Position numbers and translations under genes: made by a program
The notes under the pieces: model-generated
The model's database searches: none
Told to the model about the DNA's origin: nothing
The model's input: only the letters and a program-made list of their open reading frames with translations
Part shown: positions 1-13,364 of the stretch, piece by piece
Numbering within the stretch: position 1 is the first letter of the stretch
Layout: every line of letters begins with the position of its first letter
DNA from: Octopus bimaculoides
Lineage: Eukaryota
Direction of reading: 5' to 3'
DNA length: 64,000 bases
Assembly (NCBI RefSeq): GCF_001194135.2
Contig: NC_068981.1
Location: forward strand, 88,614,174 to 88,678,173

Positions 1-858
1 AAGCAGCACATATAATAATCCAACTATTAACTAACCTACTTACTTTCTTAGTTATTCATCCGTCCATCTATCCAGTTGATTCTTTGTGTATATATACCAG
101 TCGTAACAGTTACGTATATATCTGTATGCATTTTATATATGTCTACCTACTCATAGATTTCATTATATCTGTAAATTTGCCGATATAACTTTCATTTAAT
201 TGCTTTTACAGTCAAATTAAAAATCGATGGAAAAGTATGTCCAACGAGAAGTTGTAATTTAGAAAATTTGTGCTCAAATCAACTTTTAATGGTTTTGCTA
301 TAATCTTTTTGTTCTTTTTCTTTCAATCATTATTTGTTATAATATTGATGATTATGGTTAAAAGCAGAAAGACAGGGAAGTTTAACGATAATGATAATGC
401 TGCTGCTGCTGTTGTTGTTGATGATGATGATGATGATGATGATACTAAAGTGGCGTTGTGTTAGCTTGGTTGTTGCTTTCACTGTCTTATCATTATTGTT
501 GTATTGTTCTATTTCAAAACTACTTACACACTTTTATGTTTAAATGAATGTATTAATGCATGCATCGCTCAAACTCCATTACTAATTTGAAACTTCAATA
601 ATAGGGTTGATTACTGTATTGTACAGAGCTAAAATTTAATTTTAATCAATGTTTCGTAGAAGCTTATCTTCAGTTCATGTAATTTTTATTAATTGTGTTG
701 CCGTGTTCTTGATCGTCATTAAAAGTCTAGGCCATGAATTCGAAATAGTCCTGGCGACCAGGACAATGATTGTTAACTGCCAGTTTCTAGTCCATCGTGA
801 TTATAGACTCAACGACCAGTACCAGACTATAAGCGCTATTAATTTTGATATGCATGAG

Positions 859-1078
859 GGCAGCGAGCTGGCAGAATCGCTAGCGCGCCGGGCAAAATAC
901 TTAGCAGCATTTCATCCGCCTTTTACGTTCTGAGTTCAAATACCGCCGAGGGCTACTTTGCCTCCTTTCATCTTTTCGGAGTCGATAAAATAAGTGGCAG
1001 TTGAACACTGGGGTTCAATGTAAGCGACTTATCTCCTTCCCCGAAATTACTGGCCTTGTACCAAAATCTGAAATCAAT
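859..1078 (+). mobile_element. SINE family A copy (tRNA-like head)
   Basis: Head GAGCTGGCAGAATC with B-box-like GAGTTCAAAT; body TTTCATC..GTCGATAAAATAAGT..CAGTT shared with about 20 other copies in the window. Confidence 0.85.
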
Positions 1079-1189
1079 ATATGTATGGATGGATGGATGC
1101 ATATGAGCGCTCGGTTTTTTGTCGAACGACCTGCACAAATGATTTGTTTATAGTGATCAAATATATGTGCCGCACATTTGCTTACCCTC

Positions 1190-1375
1190 TCCATCAAAGT
1201 GATATTGTCTGAATAGGTGCATCGTGTAACACACGTCAGGTGTCGAAGTGATCGCAGACCGACGTGAAATGAAGTGTTTTGTTCAAGAACACAACACACA
1301 ATCCAGTCTAGGAACTGAAATCACGATCTAGCGACCGTGAGTGCAACACCCTAACCACTAGGCCATGCGCCCTCA
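1190..1375 (-). mobile_element. SINE family C copy
   Basis: Reverse complement starts GGCGCATGGCCTAGTGGTTAGGGTG (A box), followed by TGTGTTCTTGAACAAAACACTTCATTTCAC, the central domain also seen at 8945 and 17856. Confidence 0.75.
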
Positions 1376-1417
1376 CACACACATACACGCGCACGCACGC
1401 ACACTCACACACACACG

Positions 1418-1497
<80 letters not shown>
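1372..1497. repeat. (CA)n microsatellite
   Basis: Direct reading. Confidence 0.98.
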
Positions 1498-1501
<4 letters not shown>

Positions 1502-3639
1502 TGTATGTACGTATATATACAATTCATATAATTATCTTTCTTTAGAAGGTCCTGAATTAATACCTTTGTTTGGAAGACTCCTAGCTAAGCAATTTCTGTT
1601 GATTTTAACTTACACGTATGTTGAATCATGATAAAACTATTTAGAAAAGAAAATACACCATGTATTTACAAACGGAATTTTGCATGTTTAAGAAAAACGC
1701 AATTCAAGCGAACATAAAGCTTATTATATTATTGTACTATAGCTATATTTGAAAGTCATAAGGTTTACGGTCTCGCTTTCTTATAAAACCACTAATGTAG
1801 TTGTGAAATAATATGAATAACATCATTTTCCTCCCATTCAGAGAGTGTGCTTTGTTATTACTGTTACATTTATGTCCCTGTTTTATTAAAAAAAAAATTT
1901 GTATTTTATTTGTGTAGCATCTTTGCGACATCTATAGTTTCATTTTCATATGCTATTATGTTATGCGCATATGAGAAAAAATAAATAAATAAATAAAGGA
2001 GTGTATGATCACAAATTTTGAGTACTGCGCATATATTTTTTGCTAATTATAGATGTTTCAGAGAAACTATTTTTCTGGTTTAATATGATTGCAGGTAATT
2101 TGGGAAAATTGAAACTTCCCAATTCATAATTTACAGTTGATTTTTCGTTTCCATAGCAATAATTTGCTTTTACCAATATTGAATTATTTCGGTGGCATAT
2201 TTTAATAAAGTTTCATAGATATGACGTCATTAACTCTCATTTTCCATTATCTGAGTAGTTTTTGATATATTATATTTCCTTGGCTACGTCGACATACCAC
2301 AGCTGATACATTAACGTAAGAATAAAAGAAAAAGATACCCCTATCACTGGAGTATATTTTATTTTACAACACAAGAGAGAATTTCTCAGAATTCTCAATT
2401 TAGAAAATTCTCCTACCTTTACGGTAGCGATTACAAAGTAAGTTTGTTACTTAATTCATATTTCCTACTCATTTTTTCAGATTTATCGAATAAAGGAGAT
2501 AATCCTTATAAATACCATATAGGTATATTTTTTATGTATGACACAGTATGCAAACAGTTTACCGAAATTAAATTTATGGAAAACAGTTGATCGAAAAACA
2601 ACTGATTGAAGTAACAGATGTTTAAATCAAAAATTAATCGAAATACTGCTAACATTACAATTACTATAGCAAATATTAAATATTAAAATTAAGTTATATT
2701 ATCATGCTTTATTTAAATACTTTTAATTAAGAAAATTGTAAATTAGAAACAATTATTTACATGCAAAAATCGGTGTAGGTTTTAGGTGTATATGCCTGTC
2801 GTGTATATTGCTTACATTTACTAAGTAGTGTTTTTAAACTAAGAGTAGCAGGCATCAATGTGAAGTTGTTCATAACGTTAAATGTTATAATGTATACGAT
2901 TTTAATGGCGCATGACAAAACTGCTTCCTTTAATCCATTTCTCGTATTTCGAAAATTTGCTTATAATTCGGTTAATTGTTAATTTGAACGACTGTTTTTT
3001 CCATGAAACTCAAAAAAGATTCTGCCTATCTTCTGTCTTAAAAACATCATCAACAACAACAATAACAAAAAGAAGAGCAGCAGTAAAAATAGCAACAACA
3101 TTATACATATACATACGTCAAACAAGCAGGAATAAGGAAACGTTAACATTCAATATGGGACGTTTTGCAGAAAGAAAGAAAGCATTATCATATTTTGTTT
3201 GCAAGACAGGTACCAGCTTACTACAATTCATCATGGAAGAGGTATGCATTATATTTGTGCATTATCAAGGTGCAGGAGCTTTTCTTGTTCCCAGGCAAAG
3301 AAGACTTGAAAACAGTTTTGTGGATGTAATAGAATTCTTATAAATAGCTGCATGGAGATTACTTACTCTTTTACTTGTACACACTTAGAAAGTCAGCCAT
3401 TTCCCAAAGAACATTTGAAAATGAACAAAACAACACATTTTCAAGCGGAAAGCAAACGAAAAAGAGATTATTTTAATTGCACCAAAAAGCAAACTGATTA
3501 TTTTAACACCCACTTTGAAGGTTTCGAGTGTGACATGTTGAACATAACAGCAATAGTACAACGTCAGAAGTAAATAAGAGTAACAAAACGCTATCCTACA
3601 CAAATGGATTTTTTGAATAGAAAAACCTTAAAATGGGAC

Positions 3640-4120
3640 ATTTGCCGAAGAATGTAAGACTTGGAAGATATCGTCCACAAGATAGGTGCAAGCCTCCTAT
3701 AATGCATGATGGAGGCGCTTGAGAAGTGGGAGGTAATCTACTTGCGTTTTGCTAAGATCACAGGGAATTCTTTGTTACATTAAATAAGAGTTGGAGAAAG
3801 AACTCTCAGATATTTTAAGTGTAATCTCCTTTGTTGGGAGACGGAGGGAGCATAGCATTATCTGTGATTTTTAAAAGCAGAGTACAGGGCTAAAGTGCAG
3901 ACACAAATTGCATGTGTTCTCCATAAGCTGGGCCTACGGCATTTGGGAAGGAAAAATGCTATAGGTCAACATCAGGAACATGGGAAAAGATGTCTACCTA
4001 GTGTACAAGTCACCGTTGCGGAACAACATGGGCAGATTGTCAGTACTGGAACGTACATTTTGACGATATATGGTTGGGTGGAGTTCCCGTTGTTATACAA
4101 ATCCTCTTGACCGAATAAAA
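3640..4120 (+). mobile_element. Highly decayed CR1-like LINE reverse transcriptase fragment
   Basis: Translates to MMEALEKWEVIYLRFAK (cf. CR1 RT motif VIYLDFAKAFD) and later VYLVYKSPLR; many stops and frameshifts. Confidence 0.4.
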
Positions 4121-4554
4121 CAACGAGACAGTGCCGGAAGTATGTTTTCTAGAGGTTCGTGATGGGAAAACCTTAAAATTGAGATTCCAAAGGAGTTCGT
4201 CTAGCTTCTACACTTGTGACAGTGACAGTCACTTATTGTCTTTATTCCCCGAAAACCTAGAAAAAAATTCAACAAGAACATATACTAGAGGTTGTTGTGA
4301 CACCAGGCACAACTCTGGAGTTACTCAAAATCACTACTCCGTCCCCATTGTAAGGAGGTATGGTAGTGTCATCAGTGGAACCTGCTTGAGATGGGCGCTG
4401 AGCGACGAAACTGTTATACGCGATGGTACAGTGCCCAAACATTGCTGATATGTAGAGTTATGTTGATCAACAGTTATCATGTGTGAGACGGATCTGGTTA
4501 TCGGCTGAGTCTATTGTGAAGATCGCTCCACCGCCCTCTTGTACACTAGGCAGT

Positions 4555-4720
4555 CTGCCTCTGTTTAGTAGCTATGGAAAAAGAGCTTGTGTGGTGGACT
4601 TTGTCTTTGCTCTTTTCAGTGTTGATAAAATAAGTACGAATCAAATTCGGTGTAATCGACTTGCTCCTCCCCGCCAATCACTGTTGCTGTGCCAAAATTT
4701 GAAAACATTATTATTTAATT
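4555..4720 (+). mobile_element. Degenerate SINE family A copy
   Basis: GTTGATAAAATAAGTAC body and GTGCCAAAATTTGAAAACATTATTATT tail. Confidence 0.6.
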
Positions 4721-6434
4721 CATCAGCCCAAACCTCAGGAACTCAATTTTGACTTTGAATATTTTTCAAGTATATTCTCTCACGTGTTTTGAAAAGTTTG
4801 CAAATCTATAATTATCTTAAGCATACAATATTTTAACAACCAAACATTAAACAAATGTTCTACTTTATTTTGCTAAAAAACATAAAGAACAAACAAACAA
4901 ACGAGAGTTTACATAACCTTCAAAAACAACTGAACCGCAAAAACATTCTTCATTTTTCTGCAAATAAGAAATTAAACAATGCATTGAATATTGACCCACA
5001 ATGTTTCTTGTTTATTCTCACAGAAAGAACATAAATAAAATAACCTTCATAATTGAATTGCATATAAATGCCGTCGTCTATTTTGGTTACAAAAAAGGTG
5101 TGTGTGTTTGAAGGGCTAAATATCAGCCAAAACAAGAAAATTGCAGCAAAGCTGGGTGAAAGTGGTGTCAAATGTGGCATGCAGAGACCTCATATAATGT
5201 GTATGACATTGCGTTTTTATTCTTCTCTTCCACTTTACGAATTCCATGTGCACATGTGCATTGCGTGTTTATACTTCTTTTTCCGGTTCCTACGGAAAAC
5301 TGTTTATAGATCACAACCATCTTACGAACTTGCGTTGGTGAGGAGCGCTTCGCGCTCCGATGGTCGTGAAATGAAAATAAATAGAAAAATGTTACTTTAC
5401 CAGCATTACTAGAGAAATTCTACATCATGGGCAGAAAATTGAAGAGAGTGAAATTGATATTCTAGCTAATCCCTTGTTTGGGCCTTTTCTCAACCGAGGG
5501 ATAAAGATGTATCATGTTTCAAGAATATTACTCTAAAAACTACCCCACAGTTCGATAACCGATCAGTCATGAGGTCACCCTATATGAATACAACATACAA
5601 ATATCTAATGTGAACAGGAAAGAGAGGGAAACGGAATAAAAATGAAGTAACATAAAAAATAACCTTTAACCTATAAGAACTGGCTATTAACACACTTTTA
5701 AGTAGTTACAGTAAGACTGTGTCACTCACGAGGTTGTAGTTGTGCGACAAAAGTTTTGACGCATCATGCAATAAATTCGAATTCAAACTAAATTCAACAA
5801 CTTTGTGTGTTATAAATGTTATTAAATGATTCCTCCACGATGTAGTTATCACACACATTCACTTTAAAATTAAAAATTATCATCTGTGTTTATCTCCTTT
5901 GTGTCTATGTGTTTGTGTGTATGTGACTGCGTTTCAATATATTTATCTGTCTGTGTTGACGCTTACGCAGAGAAAAACGGTGTTGCTGCTTGTATCCTGT
6001 CCTCTCGAGATTGATAAAATAAGTACTGGGATTGATATGATCCACAGTGAGTCACGTGGATGCACAGAGGATTTTTAAAAATTTAAGGCTTTTAAAAATC
6101 TATACTAATATCTGACTGTCAGGAAAATAAAAAAACTTGTTATTCACAATTTTGTTATACACAAACATGATTTATAAAACGAGGTAATTTCCTGTATATA
6201 TTTTGTATATTTTAAGCTTTAAAGCTCATTAAAAATTTTACCTTGCAAAATGCATAATTTTCCAATTGATTTCCATTGTGCCTCGAACTGAAAGATACTG
6301 AGAACCATTGGAGTAAATTCTTGAACATAGTGCACCAGTACGGCTGCAGTCCAATGACTGAAACCCGTAAATTACTGGATAATAATTTTGGTATAATGCC
6401 AAAAATTATGAGGGCAGGTGTTTGTTGATACCAT

Positions 6435-7661
6435 CGACACAAATGCTGAACAGGTACTTCATTTTATCCATCTCGACTAGACGAAAGGTAAAGTTGATCT
6501 CAACGACATTTGAACCCAGAATGTAAAGAGTCAGAATAATTACAGCAGAGCATATTTTCTTCATCTTAGGACGATTCTGCCAGGGAGCTGCCTTGAAAGC
6601 AATAAAATAATAGTTCTTTATTTAAGAATGTAAAACAATAAAAGAATATTTATTTATCAGTCAATTATTTATAAGGCAAATGTCCAATTTTGTCACGGTA
6701 GGTAATATCCAGTCGAAGGAGCAAGTCGATTACATCGACCTTAGTACTTGAATGGTACTTATTTTATCGATCCAGAAAGTGTGAAAGACAAAATCGACCG
6801 CGGAGGCATTTGAACTCAAAATGTATTGAGTCGGAAAAAAATTCTGCCGAGTCTGACACGCTAAAGATTCGTCCGGTCGCCACCTTAAACTGCCTTATAA
6901 ATAATGCAAATAATACAAATGGTGTATTGAAAAGAAATCTTGTCTTCCGTTTCGTTCCATAGTTTATCGGTCAATTATCACACGAACAATATAAACGTAA
7001 TATGAAGAGTAATGCTTTCTATTATAGGAACAGGGCGTGGAATTTTTGGGATGGGGGCAATTCGATAACATTGACTCCAGTGCTCAACTAGTGTTTATTT
7101 TATCGACTCCGAAATGATGAAAGGCAAAGTCGACCTCGATGGCATTTGAACTCAGAACGTAAAGAGCCGGAAGAAATGCCGCTAAGCGCTATGCCTAGCG
7201 TGATAGCAAGATACCTTGTAATGTGCATAATGAGCCTTTCTACTATAAGCACAAGGCCTGAAATTTTGTGGGAGGGGGCCAGTCGATTAGAACGACCCCA
7301 GTACGCAACTGGTACTTAATTTATCGACACCGAAAGGATGAAAGGCAAAGTCGACCTTGGTGGAATTTGAATTCAGAACGTAAATTCAGACGAAATACCG
7401 CTAAGCCTTCCGGCCGGCGCGCTAGCGTTTGTTTCTTTAATGCCCACAAGGGGCTACATACAGAGGGGACAAATAAGGACAGACAAACGGATTAAGTCGA
7501 TTATATCGACCTCAGTGCGTAACTGGTACTTATTTAATCGACCCCGAAAGGATGAAAGGCAAAGTCGACCTCGGTGGAGTTTGAATTCAGAACGTAGAGG
7601 CAGACGAAATACCGCTAAGCATTTCGCCCGGCGTCCTAACGTTTCTGCCAGCACGCCGCCG
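6435..7661 (-). mobile_element. Array of five head-to-tail SINE family A copies
   Basis: Repeated ACTGGTACTTA..TTATCGAC..GAAAGG.TGAAAGGCAAAGTCGACC at about 6450, 6750, 7080, 7300 and 7520; the 7430-7661 copy is near full length. Confidence 0.9.
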
Positions 7662-8944
7662 TAGACGTCAGCAGAATAATACTGTAAATTACTATCATCA
7701 TTAATTAGATTGGTAGAATTGTTAGAAGCTTAGCAGGATTTGTTCCAGCACTTCAAATCCCATCGAAGTCAATATTGCCTTTCGTCCTTCGGGGATCGAT
7801 AAGAATAAAATGTCAGGAGTAGATTTAATTGGCAAACACCTATTCACAACAGTTGTGGTCTTACAACAAAGAGATATAGTTATTAATAGTAAGTAGTAAT
7901 AGTAGCAATTATAGCAGTAGTAGCTTGCCGAGACATACACTGGCTTCATTAGACTTAGTAACAACCATGAAATCTAACAATTTCCTTTCAATGTGATTAC
8001 TTTGTTCGTGAAATATTGTTAAAAGCTTTCTATATCTTCTATTGCATTGATGTAACAGAGATTATCTTCGATATTTTCGAGATGATAATGTTAAGTTGGC
8101 TATATTAAATGAAATTAAAGAAATGATTCGGAAATTACATTTATTAATGCAAGATTACCCTCAGATTTTCAAGTGTGTGTGAAATTTTCTTATCTTTTGC
8201 AGCAAGTATATTACAAAAGAGGTGATGCACTTATTCTTTGCGTTGTTATTGTCATCGTCGTTGTCTTCGTCGTCTTTGACGTTTATGATGTTAACTGCAT
8301 TCATCGGTTAATATTTTAACTTTCATGTCACTCCGACATTTTAAAATTCTATGATACTAAGACAGAAAAATCAGTAGGAACCATTGCAATACAAACAGTA
8401 TTGCATACATATAAGTATAATGCCATAGATAATAGAATTATAATTCTTACACAAGAAGTAAAATCGATTTTGCTTTGAAATTTAATCTATTACTTATAAA
8501 ACTCCGTTGTTAGATTAAGCTATAGATTGAATTTCAGATTTTGGATTTAATATCAACAAAATACACTTAAAATAGTAATTTATTATTGACTTGCCGGATT
8601 TGTGCACAAGAATATAAATAAATGAAAGATTGGATATCTCTGACCTTATTAAGCTACAAATTGACACTTGGCCTTTGGTCATATGTGAAAGTGAGAATGT
8701 TTCTGATTTAGTACATGCTCTCAAGGCTCTTTCACATTCTATACTATGTGTATAAGAAGTATAAGAATATTAAATAAAGCATACTGACACAATATTTATT
8801 ACATTGCAGCAAAAAAGACCGTAGACATCACTTTCTAGCGAGTACGACTTGGTGGCAAGTACTATGCTTTTGCTAATTGTTTAAGATGTCTCTGTAGTCG
8901 TGAGCAGACGCAGGCACCTTCTCGATTCTATCCTATTACTTGAC

Positions 8945-9112
8945 CCTGCGGAACATAGAGAATATAATTGAGGGAGAAAGAAAGAGATACAGTAACACAT
9001 AGTAAAATGGAGCAACTTGAAATGAAGTGCCTTCCTCAAGGACAAAGCGTACCGCCCAGACAAGAAATCGAAACCATCGCGGGAACAACATCCTAACCAC
9101 TAAGACACACTC
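8945..9112 (-). mobile_element. SINE family C copy
   Basis: Reverse complement GTCTTAGTGGTTAGGATG..GGTTTCGATTTC..GTCCTTGAGGAAGGCACTTCATTTC. Confidence 0.7.
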
Positions 9113-9154
9113 ACCTTCAGTATTATTGTACTTATTCAGTATGTATTAGACGCT

Positions 9155-9318
9155 GACATGGCTGTATAATTCAGAAGTTCGCTTCCCAACCACTTGGTTT
9201 CGGGTTCAGTTCCACTTGCGTCACAGCTTGGGCAAATGTTTTCTGCTCCAGCCCAGGGTCGACCAAAGCTTGAGAGTAGATTTGGTAGACAGAAACTGAG
9301 AGAAGCATGTCATATATA
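9155..9318 (+). mobile_element. SINE family D copy
   Basis: TGGCTGT..CCCAACCAC..GGGTTCAGTTCCAC head and GATTTGGTAGACAGAAACTGA body; related copies or fragments at 37640, 42230, 42745, 49040 and 56120. Confidence 0.8.
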
Positions 9319-9429
9319 TAACTAATAAGAGTGGCTTGTTATCAATTTTTCAACCGAAAGACAAAAATTTATACGTCACTAAAGCGACTGAGGGCACTAT
9401 TCAGCATCAGTATTGCTAGATGTAAGAGT

Positions 9430-9800
9430 CAAAACATCTCATAGCCATAATAAGCACCATCTTATTGACCAACAAGGGAGGTAAGCTCTCTAAGCACCAG
9501 GCGTAGTCAGGTCACCAGTGATTTCGCATTTACACTAATGGTACTTGTGTATGTGTGTATGCATGTGTCTTTGTACCTTGACATCGCGAGAGAGTTGTAA
9601 GTGAGTGTCACCGCCATACGAGAAGTGTCATTTGTTTCCAATCTTCTGCGACTACATGTCTGGTTATTGAGAAATATGACCTTGCTTTGAAACAGGTAAC
9701 GGTTGGGAATAAGAACATTTTGCAGTAGACAATCTGTCTCAACGAATTCCGTCTGACCCATGCAAGTGTGGAAGATTGGACGTTAGAATGATGATGATGA
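9430..9800 (+). mobile_element. Interspersed repeat with RTE-like 3' end and (ATG)n tail
   Basis: Ends CCCATGCAAGTGTGGAAGATTGGACGTTAGAATGATGATGATGA, a retroposon-type tandem tail; the RTE assignment is an inference. Confidence 0.5.
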
Positions 9801-10469
9801 TAGACTCATTGTACTTTCTATAATCAATAATATTATTACATAGTTGTTCTTTTTAATTTTTAAAGATATTTTTAACACTTCATCTGTAGAAGCTGAGCGC
9901 CTATAAATTTTTCGAGACAAGTTGAAGGCAGGAAGAAGTTATCCTCAAACTAGACACCCAGTTCGAATACTCTTAACAGTAGAGACACTGCTAAATGCAC
10001 CCACAAGTGAAGTTGTGGTACGAAACAAGACAACGGATCTAGTTTATCATTTAAATTACTGTTGACTGAGCACGATCAAAACGAGAAAAGCCGTTCTATT
10101 GAAGTTTAGATCGGCAGATCGGTCTAGTCGTGAACAATCCGTCTAGATTGTGAGCGAATAGCCATAAAATATGATCTCTTTCAAAGATAGTTATAATTTT
10201 GATATACATGGAAATATAAAGTTCCCGCGAAGATTGGCTTTAGATTAACCAGAGCATGTGATTAGACAGATGTGAAACTATCAGAGATTCTATTCTTTCT
10301 ATCCTTCTATTCTATTCTACTTCTAACCTAGCGCACAGGAGTTTTGTAATCTTTGACTAGGTGTACGGTAGGTATCGTATTAACAATCTGATGCACATAG
10401 AATACGATGAGGCGTTGGTAAACAGCGACTAAAAGTAATTACACATTTCACTGCACATTATTGCTATGA

Positions 10470-10672
10470 ATATTGGTTTCAATGTTTAGCTCAAGGCCAG
10501 AAACTTCGATTAAATCAACCCCAACGCTCAACTGGTACTTATTTTAACGACTCCGAAAGGATGAAAAGCAAACTGAAACTTGGCAGCATTTGAAATAAAA
10601 ACTTAAAGACGTACGAAAAGCCGTTAAGCATTTTTCTAGGCGTCTTAACGATTCTGTCAGCTCGCCGCCTTT
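10470..10672 (-). mobile_element. SINE family A copy
   Basis: Same body and head as the 6435-7661 copies. Confidence 0.85.
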
Positions 10673-13364
10673 TCTTGCCATTAATATCATCTTTGGCTTA
10701 AACTCGTAAAATGAAATGAGAGCACGTAAATAGGTACGAGATTATGTTATGTTCACATTGACTGTTTTTATTTGATGTGTTTCTCTCTTTTTAAGACACC
10801 TGAGTGATCTTAATACTATTTGTAACAGGTTAAGTGACCACGAAGAGGCTCACCTCATTGGCTCATAATATTGTATCGTTCATGCCAAAACTCCTCTCAT
10901 CTGTCTCACTGCTTTGCTTTAATGACGGCATAATTGGGCAGATTGAGTAAATTTCAACCAAGAATGGAAACCTTTTTGGAAATAGTTATAAGATTCTGCA
11001 CTATGAAATACGTGAAAATACTGAATGTTTTCGACATGGAAAAAATACTATACATCTTAGGAGGTAGGACACAAGTTAGTATGCAGTTCTTGTTGTGAGC
11101 AAAGCTCAGCAATGATGAAAGATGTTCAAACCACGATCCTTCCATCTTCCTTCAGACGAAGTACTTCTTGAATTACATTATTCGGTGCTCCAGCATAGCC
11201 TTATATGAAATGGGAAAAACAAAGAAACTAAAGAACAATACAAAATATCCTTCCTTTTCGAAGACGGTAGGGTGTGATTCAAGGTAGATTTAAATGCTAT
11301 TTTATTAAACTATATATAAAGAATGATTTAAGTTTTTGTTCAAAACCATAAAATATAAAAGACAGAAAGTTAAGAATTCTGACAAGGTTTTGGGTAGTGA
11401 AATAGGTTATGTCTTTAAATAATACTTTCAACTATTAGTCTATCTTGTAAACTTTTACTCTGTTTTTCCAGACTACCTATATTTGAAATATTTCTTACTA
11501 ACACTTACGAGGTGTCTCATTATTCAAATAGTTGTATTGTTCACTTCTCAAATCCATTATTTTAGTTCCCCCATATATTTTCCTTTTGCGATGTTTAACA
11601 GTTCAACAAAAAGCACATCAAAATAAACCTTGCAGTTGGGTTAAGACATTAAGCTGTAAGCCATTTTTCTTTCTTTATCTTACTCCGTTAAAAATACACT
11701 AAGAAAAGCAATAACAACAACAATAATTCTATATTCAACTTCTATTGAAGGATACAGTAAATCATTGCTTTTTAAATTAATAACGAGATAACACAATTTC
11801 CAAATTCAGTTGACGTAATGTCTTCCTCGATAGCATCAATAAATTTTGAAATTCCATTGACTGATTTCACGTATAACACCCCATCGAGATTTAAAATTAG
11901 ATGGTGTAAAAATTCGAACATTTTATTTATTGCAACTTTTATTTTTGTTTGCGGTTTATTTAAATGATAAAATGTTGATTCGACAAGAAACTACTACGTT
12001 CAAATTTAAATGAGATTATGAAACTATGTTTTTAAATCACCTATTTTTTCATCAATTAGTCTGACTTTCTTGGCAATGAGATAAAAGTGACCCACGAGAA
12101 CTGCAAATGATTAATCCTTTGAAAGAAAATAAACAGTTTGATTGATTAGCAAAACATTAGTTAATTAAATAGCTTTTGATCGTAGCAAGAATTTGTTGCT
12201 GCATTTTTAAAATGTGTTTCTTTTCAAAGTCGAGATGGAAAATTGAATATTACTACATTAAAAAATAGAAAGAAACTATAAAAAATGCTACTGTCTTATT
12301 TTATGGTGAAGAACTGAAATTTAATAACGAAAATTATTATATGAAACACTTCAGGTAACCACAAGCTTAAACCCTATACTGTCATGTGAAAGACTTGAAG
12401 ATCCCTAACTATAATATGTGGCAAGTCTTCTGATGGGTAGTAGTACACTGGTGCTTTAAGATAATGATATCGATTTATTCTGTAAAATAATTTATTTTGA
12501 GCTTATTGACAGGTATATAAATAACAGAATCGAATGAATGTTTATGAATGAGTGGATATAGTTACCGGAAATTATTTGAAAGATAGTCGTTCATATATTG
12601 TCGTAGGCATTCTAGAGACTTAATTTTAAAATGGGCTTGGCTACATAGCAGTAAACAGTTATAACACGGTAGGAACAATATGACATCGTTTTCTTTGTGC
12701 TTAAAGTAATTTTCTTTTACACCATAATGCCTTTGGGGAAAAACATACACTAAACAAACTCTTGTTTCCTTTCGTATTAATCAGTTTCTGCACTCAAAGA
12801 AATCGTTATTTTCCCATTTCACTTCACTGTAGTTGTCTTTTGCTTTTCTACTATAATTGTTATATGTAGTATTTTTGTTCATATAAATTTTACTTTCGCT
12901 TCTGTGTCCACTTCACCACTCATTGCAAACACTGCTCTGTCGTCTCAATATCTATATTACATCTCTCATTGTACATCTATGAAAAGAACACATATTCTCC
13001 TCCCTGCTCTCTCTCTCTAGTACTGTCTGACGTCAATTTCTGCTTAATCATGACAGTTGTTTTCTGCCCGTCGTCTGTCTTCTGCTTTGAATGAAAAATA
13101 TTTCCATAATCTTCATACATGTACTGTTTATAATTTAGTACATCTTTTAAGTATTTTTTTAAACTACTTAGATTTTCTTCGAAAAGTCGATGTATGTTAT
13201 CCTCTGCAAGACAAACATTGTCATCGACCAAATGAGATTAATAGAGGTTTTCTGTGTGAATATATTTTTAACCTGAAAATATTTAAAAAGCTTTGTTCTG
13301 GAGGCGATTGTATCAGTTAATCTCCTTCCTTCGAATTTGTTGTCCTTGCGTCTATGTAATAATA

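Noticed and set aside
645-680. Minus-strand CTGAAGA..CGAAAC hammerhead-like motif
   Set aside because: No GUH triplet and no stem I pairing.
2912-3343. 143-aa ORF
   Set aside because: Low-complexity AT-rich composition, no motif and no convincing splice context.
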